Positions 54,330-64,000 of a DNA stretch of 64,000 nucleotides are shown piece after piece; within the stretch, counting starts at the first letter, position 1; each line of letters starts with the position of its first letter. Source of the stretch: the human T2T-CHM13v2.0 reference genome, Homo sapiens; assembly GCF_009914755.1 (NCBI RefSeq), contig NC_060937.1. One strand, given 5' to 3'. The translations under genes were made by a program, and so were the position numbers. The notes under the pieces are model-generated. The model saw only the letters and a program-made list of their open reading frames with translations, did not search any database and was not told the DNA's origin.

Positions 54330-56290
54330 AAGCCTCTCAAAGCACTTCAGTTTGTTGAATCAACTATATTGTTGATTGAAAGTTTCCCAAAGGGGTTTTT
54401 GAAAATACAAAATGTATCTACCTGCTTCTTTTAAAAATGATCTTTGCAAAAAGGAGAACAAGAAACACAATTGCAAATGAGATGTGTTATAATTTCAAAA
54501 TTTGTACTCCACCCAAGTTTAAAATGGAAATCATACAAACAAACAGTAAATGATTCAGCAAAGTAAAGGAAAGTCAGAACTAAATTCTTACAGAGGGGGA
54601 TCAAACCAGTTGCTGATTCATTTCAAAACCATACAAAATAAAAGAGTGAACATAATGAACCCTGGAATATAAAGCTGGGGAGAAGGGATGAAAACAGGTG
54701 GATTATTGCAAAAGTGTTTTCTTTAATATATGATACTTAATTTATTAATCAAATAATAATTTTAATTATTTATTTTATTTTTCAACTTTTATTTTAGATT
54801 CAGAGGGTACATGTACAGGTTTGTTACCTGAGTATATTGTGTGATGCTGAGTCTGGGGTAGGAATAATATTGTCATACAGAGATTGAGCACAGTATCTAA
54901 TAGTTTTTCAACTCTTCTCCACTTCCTCCCCCCAACAGTAGTCCCAAGTTTCTAGTGTTTTGAGCTTTATGTCCAGGAGTACACGATGTATAGCTTCCAC
55001 TTATAAGTGAAGTTGGTTATTGGTTCCAGGTTATTGGTTCCAGGAATGTTTTGGCCCAGTCTTTAGGGTTTTCTAAGCATGGAATCATATTGTCAGTGAA
55101 AAAAGATAGTTTGATGTAAAAGTCAAATTTTCCTATTTGGATGACTTTTATTTCTTTCTTTTGCCTGATTGATCAGACTAGGACTTCCAGGACTATGTTG
55201 GATAAAAGTGGTGAGAATGAGTATCTTTGTCTTGTTCCAGTTCTCAAGGGGAATGCTTCCAGTTTTTGCACATTCAGTATGATGTTGGCTGTGGGTATGT
55301 CATAGATGGCTCTTATTATTTTGAGGTATATTCCTTTGATGGTAGTTTGCTGAGGGTTATCAGAAAGGAATGTTGAATTTTTTGGAAAGGCTTTTCTGCA
55401 TCTATTGAGATGATCATATGGTTTTTGTTTTTAATTCTGTTTATGTGGTGAATCACATTTATTGATTTGCATATGTTGAACCAATCTAGCATTCCAAGAG
55501 TGAAGCCTACTTATCATGTTGTTAATTTTGAATTAATTTTGATTTGCTGTTGGACTCAATTTGCTAGTGTTTTTTTTTTTTTTTTGAGATTTTTCACGTC
55601 TGTGTTCATCAGGGATATTGGCCTTTAGTTTTCTTTTATTACTGTATTTTTTCAGGTTGTGGTATCAAGGTAATGCTGGTTTCATAGAAGAGTAAAAGAG
55701 GAATCCCTTCTAGATTTTTTGGAATAGTTTCAAAGGAAATGAAAGAAAGTCTTCATTGTCTAATAGAATTTGGCTGTGAATCTATCTTGCCTGGGGCTTT
55801 TTTTGTTGGTAGGTTTTTTATTACCGATTCAGTTTTGGAACTTGATATTGGTCTGTTCATGGTTTCAAATACTTCCTGATTCAATCTTGGGAGATTGTGT
55901 GTTTCCAGGAATTTATTCATTATCTTTAGATTTTCTAGTTTGTATGCATAAAAGTGTTCATAAAAGTCTCAGAGGATCTTTTGTATTTCTGTTGGGTTAC
56001 TGGTAATGTCACCCTTTTTGGTTTCTGATTCTGCCTATTTGGACCTTCTTTCTCTCTCTTTTTTTTTCCTTTCTTAATCCAGATATATGGAGTTCTACCA
56101 ACTATCAATCTTATTTATCATTTTAAAAATCAATTTTTGATTTTGTTGCTTTTTGTATGGATTTTTGGATATCAATTTTCTTTAGATCTTCTCTGATTTT
56201 AGTTATTTCTTTCCTTCTTGGGGTTAGTTTGTTTTTGCTTCGCTAGTTCCTTTAGATGTGAAGTTAGGTTGTTATCTTGAAATCCTTCAA

Positions 56291-56607
56291 TTTTTTTTTT
56301 TTTTTTTTCTGAGACAGGGTCTCACCCTGTCATCCAGCCTCCAGTGGCATAACAGCTTGCTGAAGCTTCAAACTCCTGGCCTCAAGTTATCCTCCTACTT
56401 GTTCTTCCTGAGTATCTGGGACCATGGACATAAGCCACCATGACTGCCTAGCATTTATTTATTTATTTACTTACTTACTTATTTTTAGAGATTGGGGTCT
56501 CACTATATTGCCCAGGATAATCTCAAACTCCTGGGCTCAAGCAGTCCACCTGCCTTTACTCCCAAAGTGCTAAGATTATAGATAGGCATGAGCCATGACA
56601 CCTGGCC
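56291..56607 (-). mobile_element. AluJ nested in the L1
   Basis: Diverged reverse Alu dimer with a (TTTA)n middle tract. Confidence 0.88.
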
Positions 56608-58299
56608 ATTCCAGCTTTTTGAAATAGACATTTAGTGCTATAAAATTTCTTCTTACAACTGCTTTTGCTGCATCCCAGAGATTTTTGGTGTGTTGTGTCT
56701 CTGCTTCCAATTATTTCAAATAATTTTAAATTTCTGCCTTAATTATACTGTTCACCCAAAGGTCATTCAGGAAGAAGTTTTTAAATTCCCATTTAACTGT
56801 GTTTTTCAGAAATTTTCTGGGTATTTATTTGTATTTTCATTCTGCTGTGTTCCAAGAGTATGGTTGGCATGATTATACTTTTTGATTTTGAGACATGCTT
56901 TATGGCTGAGCATGTACTTGATCTTGGAATATGTTCCATGTGCATATGAGAAGAATGTATATTCTGTGGTTGATGGGTGGAGTATTCTGTTGATGTCAAT
57001 TATGTCAAATAGGTTGAGTGTCAAATTTAAATCCAGAATTTCTTTGTTAGTTTTCTACCTTTATGATCTGTCTAATGCTGTCAGTGGGGTGTTGAACTCC
57101 CCAACAATTACTGTGTAGCTAAGTCTTTGTGTACATCTAGAGGTACTCCTTTCATAAATCTGGGTGCTCTAGTACAGATGCATACATATTTAAGATAGTT
57201 AAGTCATCTTGTTGACTTGAACCCTTTATCAATATGCAATGTCTTTCTTTGCCAGTTTTCACTGTTTTTGGTAAAGTCTGTTTTATCTGATATTTGAATA
57301 ACAACACCTGCTCTTTTGTGTTTTTTATTTGCATGGTAGATCTTTCTCTAACCCTTTAATTTGAGCTTATGGGTGTCATTATGTGTGAGATGGGGCTGTT
57401 GAAGACAGCAAACAGATGAGTCATGTTTTTATCCAACCTAAAAGACACTCCGTGCCTTTTAAGTGGAGCATTTAGACAGTTTATAATGAAGGTTAATATT
57501 GTTATTTGAGATTTTGATGCTTTCATGAAGTTGTTAGTTGAATGCTGTTTAGTTTCTATTTTGTGGTTGCTTTATAGGGTCTGTGGGCTATGTACTTCAG
57601 TTTGTGTATTTTGTAGCACAAGTCATTCTTTTGTTTCCATGTTTAGAACTTTCTTAAGGATCACTTATAAGACAGGTCTAGTGGTAACAAATTCCTTTAC
57701 TGCATGCTTTTCTGGAAATGATTTTATTTCTCTTTTGCTGATAAAGCTTAGTTTCGTGGGATATGAAATTTACTGTGGGAATTTCTTTTCTTTAAGAATG
57801 TTGGCAATAGGCCCCCAGTCTCTCCTAACTTGTGAAGTTTCTGCTGAGAAGTTCACTGTAAGCCTGATTGGGTTCCCTGTATACGTGATCTGACTTTTTC
57901 TCAAGCTACCTTTACGATTTTTTTTAGAGTTGACCTTGAACAGCCTGGTGACTATACGTCTTGATGATGTTAATTTTCTATAAGTATCTCGGGTGTTTTC
58001 TGCATTTCTTGTATCTGGATGTCTACTTCTCTAGAAGATTACAGAAGTTTACTTCAATTATTCCCTCAAATATGTTTTCCAGGTTAATTTTTTTTTCTTT
58101 CTCAGTACTGGCAATATTGAATAGATTTGGTTGTTTTATATAATCCTAGGTTTCTTGAAGACTGTTCATTTTTAAAATTATTATTTTTTATTTTTGTTTG
58201 ACTTAGTTACCTCAAAATCCCATTTTTCCAGCCCTGATATTAGTTCTTCTGCTTGGTGCAGTCTGTTGAAAAACATTTACTTATATTTTGAAATTTCTT

Positions 58300-58539
58300 T
58301 TTTTTTTTTTTCCTTTTTTTTTTTTATTATACTTTAAGTTTTAGGGTACATGTGCACATTGTGCAGGTTAGTTACATATGTATACATGTGCCATGCTGGT
58401 GCGCTGCACCCACTAACTCGTCATCTAGCATTAGGTATATCTCCCAATGCTATCCCTCCCCCCTCCCCCCACCCCACCACAGTCCCCAGAGTGTGATATT
58501 CCCCTTCCTGTGTCCATGTGATCTCATTGTTCAGTTCAA
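58300..58539 (-). mobile_element. Young 5'-truncated L1PA2-like 3' end nested in the L1
   Basis: Sense-strand diagnostics cacaatgtgcac, gcagcgcacc and gagatcac, with GAG (not ACA/ACG) in gatgacgagttag. Perfect 18-bp TSD tatattttgaaatttctt at 58282-58299 and 58540-58557. Confidence 0.93.
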
Positions 58540-59588
58540 TATATTTTGAAATTTCTTAAGTAGGTTTTTTAATTTCAGAAGCTCTGATTGGTTTCATTTT
58601 AAGATGTTGATCTATTCCTTCATCTCCTGGATTGCTTTAGAAGTTTCATTGTGTTTGCACTCTACTTTTCTTGGATTTCATTGAGCTTCCTTGCTTTGAA
58701 CTATTTATCCATCATTTCTGGGTTTCCATTTTGGTTAGGCACCATAGCTGGAGAGCTAGTGTGATATCTTGATGTATCATTACATTGTGATTTTTTTTTT
58801 TTTTATCATTCCAGAATGCTTTTACTGGTTCTTTGTCATCTGGAGACACTGACACTTCTAAGTTCTATAATTAGTTTTAAAGAGGTATGATTTTTTTTTC
58901 TTTTTCTTTTCCTATATTATTTCTCCCCCCTTTCCCTTTCCTCCCTTCCTAGGGAATGCAACTGTAGAGAATGCATGGCAAGGTCTTATGGTTTTGCTTT
59001 AATAGCCCTATGCATTTCTTTATTTCATTGGGTTTTACACAGGGCTCTGCAGTTCAACCTACAAGCCTGTATATGGTGCTTATAGGCAAGAGCCTGCTGT
59101 GGCCAACATGGCTAGGTATATACTTGATCCTTGTTTACTTGCAGAAGCTCTCTGTTGCCTCACAAATTGACTAATTGATGGAATGTAAAGTGGTCTGAGC
59201 TCCCTACTTAGCCCCAGAGAACTGGGGGCCATGATAGGCAATACTGGACCAGAAAAATGCAACTACAGGTCCCCTGATAGCAAGCACAGGCACCAGCACT
59301 GAGAGGGAATCCCATTGGATGGCACCAAGTGCCCAGATGTGCTCCTGAGTACCTGGAAAAAATCCCTGGCCCCAAGTTCTTTGCATGGGGATGGGGAATG
59401 GCCTAAACTCCTAACCCAGGAGAGTAGGTGCTCCAGACAGCTGGAGGTCTGCCTGGATGTGGAGTGGAATGGATGCCCCTGCATCAAGATCTCTGCAGTA
59501 GAGGAATGGGGGGACTCAGTTTGCTTAACCAGAAAGTAGGAGCTCTGAATGCTTAGAGATCTGCCTGGTCATGCAGCAGTGAGGGCCT

Positions 59589-59943
59589 TGATAAGGTTTG
59601 GCTGTGTCCCCGCCCAAATCTCATCTTGAATTGCAACTCCCACAATTCCCAAATGTCATGGGAAGAACCTGGTGGCAGATGATTAAATTATGAGGGCAGG
59701 TCTTTCCTGTGCTGTTCTTGTGATAGTGAATGAGTCTCATGAGATCTGATGCTTTTAAAAATGGGAGTTTCCCTGCACAAACTCTCTCTTGCCACTGCCA
59801 TGTAAGAAGTGCCTTTTGCCTTCTGCCATGATTTTGAGGCCTCCCTAGACACGTGGAACTGCAAGCTTATTAAACCTCTTTATTTTGTAAATTTCCCAGT
59901 CTTGGGTATGTCTTTATGAGCAGCATGAAAATGGACTAATATG
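59589..59943 (+). mobile_element. THE1 (B/C-like) 5' LTR
   Basis: tgataaggtttggctgtgtccccgcccaaatctcatcttgaattg...ggactaata. Confidence 0.93.
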
Positions 59944-61514
59944 GTAAATTGGTACTGGGAGTTGGGCGCTGCTGGAAAGATATCCAAAAATGTCAAAGTG
60001 ACTTTGGAACTGGGTAACAGGTGAGGTTTGAACAGTTTGGGGGGCTCAGAAGAAGAAAAGTAAATGTGAGAAAGTTTGGAACTCCCTAGAGACTTGTTAA
60101 ATGGCTTTGTCCAAAATGCTGATAATGATATGGACAATAAAATCCAGGCTGAAGTGGTCGCAGATGGAAATGAGGAAATTATTGGAAACTGGAGAAAAGG
60201 TGACTTTTGTTACGTTTTAGCAAAGACTGGTGTCATTTTGCCCCTCCCCTAGAGATCTGTGGAACTTTGAACTTGAGAGAGACGATTTAGGGCATCTGGC
60301 AGAAGAAATTTCTAAGTGTCAAAGCATTCAAGAGGTACTTGGGTGCTGTTAAAGGCATTCAGTTTTATAAGGGAAGCAGAGCATAAAAGTTCAGATAATT
60401 TGCAGCCTGACAATGCGATAGAAAAGAAAATCCCATTTTCTGAAGAGATATTCAAACTGGCTGCAGAAATTTGCATAAGTAATGAGAAGCCAAATGTTAA
60501 TCGCCAAGACAATGGGGAAAATGTCTCCAGGGCATGTCAGATGTCTTCATGGCAGCTCCTCTCATCAGAGGCCCAGAGGCCTAGGAAGAAAAAGTGATTT
60601 TGTGGGCTGGGCCCAGGGTCCTTGGGCTGTTGCAGCCCAGGGACTTGGTGCCCTGTGGCCCAGTTGCTTCAGTAGTGTCTGAAAGGGCCCAACATAGAGC
60701 TTGGGCCATGGCTACAGAGGGTGCATGCCATAAGCCTTGGCAGCTTCCACATGGTGTTGAGCCTGTGAGTACACAGAAGTCAAGATTTGGTGTTTGGGAA
60801 CCTCTGCCTAGATTTCAGAAGATGTATGGAAACACTGGATGCCCAGGCAGAAGTTTGCTGCAGGGGCAGGGCCCTCATGGAGAAACTCTGCTAGGGCAGT
60901 AGAGAAGGGAAATGTGGGGTTGGAGCCCCACCACAGAGTGCCTACTGGGACACTGCCTAATGGAGCTGTGAGAAGACGGCCACTGTGTTCCAGTCCCCAG
61001 AATGGTAAATCCACTGATAGCTTGCACTGTGCACCTGAAAAAGCCACAGGCATTCAATGCTAGTCCATAAAGGCAGCTGGGAGGGAGACTGTACCCTGCA
61101 AAGCCAAAGGGGCAGAACTGTCCAAGACCGTGGGAACGCATCTCTTGCATCAGGCTGACCTGGATGTGAGACATGGGGTCAAAGGAGATCATTTTGGAGC
61201 TTTAAGATTTGACTGCCTCACTGGATTTCAGACTTGCATGGGCCCTGTAGCCCCTTTGTTTTGGCCAAATTGTCCCATTTGTAATGGCTATATTTACCCA
61301 ATTCCTGTACCCCCATTGTATCTAGGAAGTAAATAACTTGCTTTTGATTTTACAGGCTCATAGGCAGAAGGGACTTGCCTTGTCTCAGATGAGACATTGG
61401 ACTGTGGACTTTTGAGTTAATGTTGCAATGAGTTAAGACTCTGGGGGACTATTGGGAAGTCATGATTGGCTTTGAAATGTGAGAGATGAGTTTTGGGAGG
61501 GGCCAGGTGTGTAA
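59944..61514 (+). mobile_element. THE1-int internal region (decayed ORF)
   Basis: gtaaattggtac...actttggaactgggtaacagg. Peptide WVLLKAFSFIREAEHKSSDNLQPD is typical of the THE1/MaLR ORF. Purine-rich tract precedes the 3' LTR. Confidence 0.93.
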
Positions 61515-61868
61515 TGATATGGCTTGGCTGTGTCCCCACCCAAATCTCATCTTGAATTTAACTCCTATAATTCCCACATGTAGATGAAAGAACCTGGTGG
61601 GAGGTTATTGAATTATGGGGGCAGGCTTTTCCTGTGCTGTTCTCATAATAGGGAATGAGTCTTATGAGATCTGATGGTTTCAAAAATGAGAGTTGCCCTG
61701 CACAAGCTCTCTCTTGCCACCACCATGTAAAATGTGACTTTCACCTTCTGCCATGATTGTAAGGCCTTCCTAGCCACATGGAACTGTAAGTCCATTAAAC
61801 CTCTTTCTTTTGTACATTGCCCAGTCTCAGTTATTTCTTTATCAGTATCATGAAAACGGACAAATACA
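61515..61868 (+). mobile_element. THE1 (B/C-like) 3' LTR
   Basis: tgatatggcttggctgtgtccccacccaaatc...aaaacggacaaataca is a direct repeat of the 5' LTR. Confidence 0.93.
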
Positions 61869-62345
61869 GGACCCCACCCCTGCACCAAGATCTCTGCACA
61901 GGAAGGATGGGTCAGCCCAGGCTGCTGATTCAGGCAAGCTGGTGTTCCAAATGCCTAGAGATCTGCTTGTGCATGGAGTAGTGAGGGCCTTGCTGCACCA
62001 TGAGCTATGTCCATGAAAGGTGGAGTGGCTCAGGCTGCTTAATCATACAAGCAGGGCTCTGAATGCCTGGAGATCTACCTGGGTGTGAAGCACAGAGGGC
62101 CTCCTTACACCAGAATCTCTGCACAGAAAGGGCAAGGTAAGTCAGGCTATTGATCCAGATGAGTGAGTGCTACAAATTCTAGGATTTTTGCATAGGCATG
62201 GAGTGGAAAAGGCCCTGCTTCACCATGATCTACATCCTTGAAGAGCCAAGCAGCTCAGGCTGCTTGGCTAGGCAAATGGGTGCTCCAAATACCTGGATTT
62301 CTTCCTGGGAGTTGGGCAGAGAGGGCCCTGCTGCACAATGATCTC
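61869..62345 (-). repeat. ~110-bp tandem monomers of the L1 5'UTR (array continues at ~59330-59588)
   Basis: Recurrent gatct...caggctgct...aatgcctRgagatct...gagggcc...cac units. Confidence 0.8.
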
Positions 62346-63070
62346 AGGAGAACAGGCTGGGGCACATATCAATGGCACACACAAACTGATTTCAAGTCCC
62401 CAAGCTAGCCCTGGCTGCAAGTATTGCCACCTAAGAGAAATGGCTCTCCTCCCATCCCAGCTCTGTGATGAGGAAGAACACAATTCCAGTCCCTACTGCT
62501 GAGGTGGTTTCCACAGTTGTAGCTGTGGAGGTCCATTGCCTGCAACAGAGCAGGTGTTCCAGTCTCTAACCCAAGACTCAAATGTCTGCACAGCCACACT
62601 GCCGGGTTGTCAAAGAATGGCTGACATTGTGTGCACCCAGATTAAAAATGTCCTCCTGCTCTTAGTCCTGGGTCAAAAAAAAAAAAAATCTGCAACTTTT
62701 CCCAGTGCCTTTCCTTCACAGTGTCTCCAAGACTCTCCCCAAGTTAGCTCCCACATTTGGGAGAAACAAAATGCTCTTCCTCAGCCTTGGTTGCATGGAT
62801 CCCTAGTGGAAAGGTGAGTCACAGAGGGAGGCTCCCTGCGTCTCTCACCCACTGGGGCTTTACTCACTTTTATCAGGCTCATGCTGTCATGGGGGTTATT
62901 TGCCAGCATTCTCCTTCCCAGGATCTGAGGTGCCCTTTCAATTCTGGTAGATTCCCGCTTTCCTTCTTGAATTAAAGCTTACAGAGTTATCTTTATGCAC
63001 TATCTTGCTATATCTAAGTGGCTGAGGCATGCTAAAGCCTCTAATTCACCGTCCTTGGGGAAAAAAAAAG

Positions 63071-63439
63071 CTGAATTTTTTAGGCCCACTGACAAATCTG
63101 GACAAAATACCTAACTTTACCAAACTGTATTCCAGGTTTCCTCCTTCACTCAGGTCCCTCAGTGTGACTCACCATTAACCTGAAGAGGCATACAGTATCT
63201 CCTCAATACCCCCTCTTGAGACTTAGCACAAGACCTTCCTTGGTTAACTGTTCAACCCACCAACTCTGACACTTGGCTCTCCTCCCTATAAAAGAAAAGC
63301 CATTTCTGCCTGACATTTGTAAAATATACACAACTTATGGTCTGAACATTCTTTCTATAGTAATAGCCTCTTTCCGCAAACACAATACTTTTTCTGATTA
63401 AAGTCTTTCCTTGCCTAAGTCAAAATGTTTTATCTGATG
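63071..63439 (+). mobile_element. MER67-like ERV1 LTR, 3' part
   Basis: ctgaattttttaggcccactgac...ccctataaaagaaaagcc (TATA)...attaaagtctttccttgcctaagtc (poly(A) signal region). Confidence 0.65.
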
Positions 63440-63543
63440 AAATTATGCATTTATTTCTAGTTTAACCTGAATGTTTAACTACCTCTCTTCTATTTGTCTA
63501 ATCTCTCTTTCACTTTAATGTTTTCCTTTTCTCGTGAACTCTT

Positions 63544-63844
63544 TTTTTTTTTTTTTTTTTTTTTTTTTGAGACAGAGTCTCGCTCTGTCACCCAGGCTGG
63601 AGTGCAGTGGTGCAACTTTGGCTCACTGCAAGCTCCGCCTCCTCCTGCCTCAGCCTCCCGAGTAGCCAGTGCTACAGTAAGCAGCCACCACACCTGGCTA
63701 ATTTTTGTGTTTTTAATAGAGACAGGGTTTCTACTAAGCCCCGTGCCTTTTAGCCAGGATGGTCTTGATCTCCTGACTTCGTGATCTGCCCGCCTCGGCC
63801 TCCCAAAGTGCTGGGATTAGAGGCGTGAGCCACCGCGCCTAGCC
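63544..63844 (-). mobile_element. AluY/Sc-like with internal deletion and small insertion
   Basis: gcaagctccgcctcc runs directly into tcctgcctcag (deletion). Extra bases tactaagccccgtgcct. TSD aactctt. Confidence 0.9.
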
Positions 63845-64000
63845 CAAACTCTTAGATTTTAATCTCATTATTCAACACGTGCTCATTAGGAATAACGTCC
63901 TCTGATCCATCTTGCAGTTGCCTTCTAGTTGTAAAATATGTTGTCTAATTAGCCCTTTGCCTTTTCATTTTAAATGACTCTTATTTTTAAAGTTATTTTT

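Larger units (their letters stand above)
54765..63070 (-). mobile_element. L1PA15/16-type element retaining both ends, with an internal deletion and nested insertions
   Basis: 3' end ttcaacttttattttagattcagagggtacatg. ORF2 endonuclease remnant (LFDIIDINRILHPSTTEYTFFSYAHGTYSKI, 56806-57024). ~110-bp monomer array in the 5'UTR. 5' terminus gcctctaattcaccgtccttgggg followed by an A run. The sequence jumps from the 3'UTR to the RT region at ~55012. Confidence 0.85.

Noticed and set aside
59880-61888. Multiple ORFs up to 105 aa
   Set aside because: Fragments of the decayed THE1 internal ORF and LTRs, or their antisense frames.
61869-62345. ~110-bp tandem array as a novel satellite
   Set aside because: Its position and sequence fit 5'UTR monomers of an old primate L1.

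Overview
This is primate (human-like) nuclear DNA. It is AT-rich and dominated by transposon fossils. I can support no protein-coding exon, RNA gene or prokaryote-type system. The ORFs in the track that I could assign come from Alu, L1, LTR/ERV or microsatellite sequence, and the rest look like chance ORFs. Repeat content: 11 dimeric Alus and one FRAM monomer; L1 pieces from L1ME to L1PA2; L2 and MIR relics; hAT elements (MER20 x2, MER81, Charlie1a); solo LTRs (MSTB, MLT1, MER52); an ERVL integrase/dUTPase remnant; and a two-LTR THE1 provirus. Three structures stand out. (1) Two back-to-back, near-perfect hairpins (27 bp and 37 bp stems) at 3571-3720 share a common core. (2) Short local templated copies and fold-backs recur: 54-95 bp segments re-appear 1.6-2.3 kb away, one of them inside a twin-primed L1. 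(3) An L1PA15/16-type element that retains both ends splits a MER67-like LTR, appears to carry a ~430 bp 3' transduction, and hosts nested AluJ, L1PA2 and THE1 insertions. Subfamily names come from recalled consensus sequences, not from a database run.
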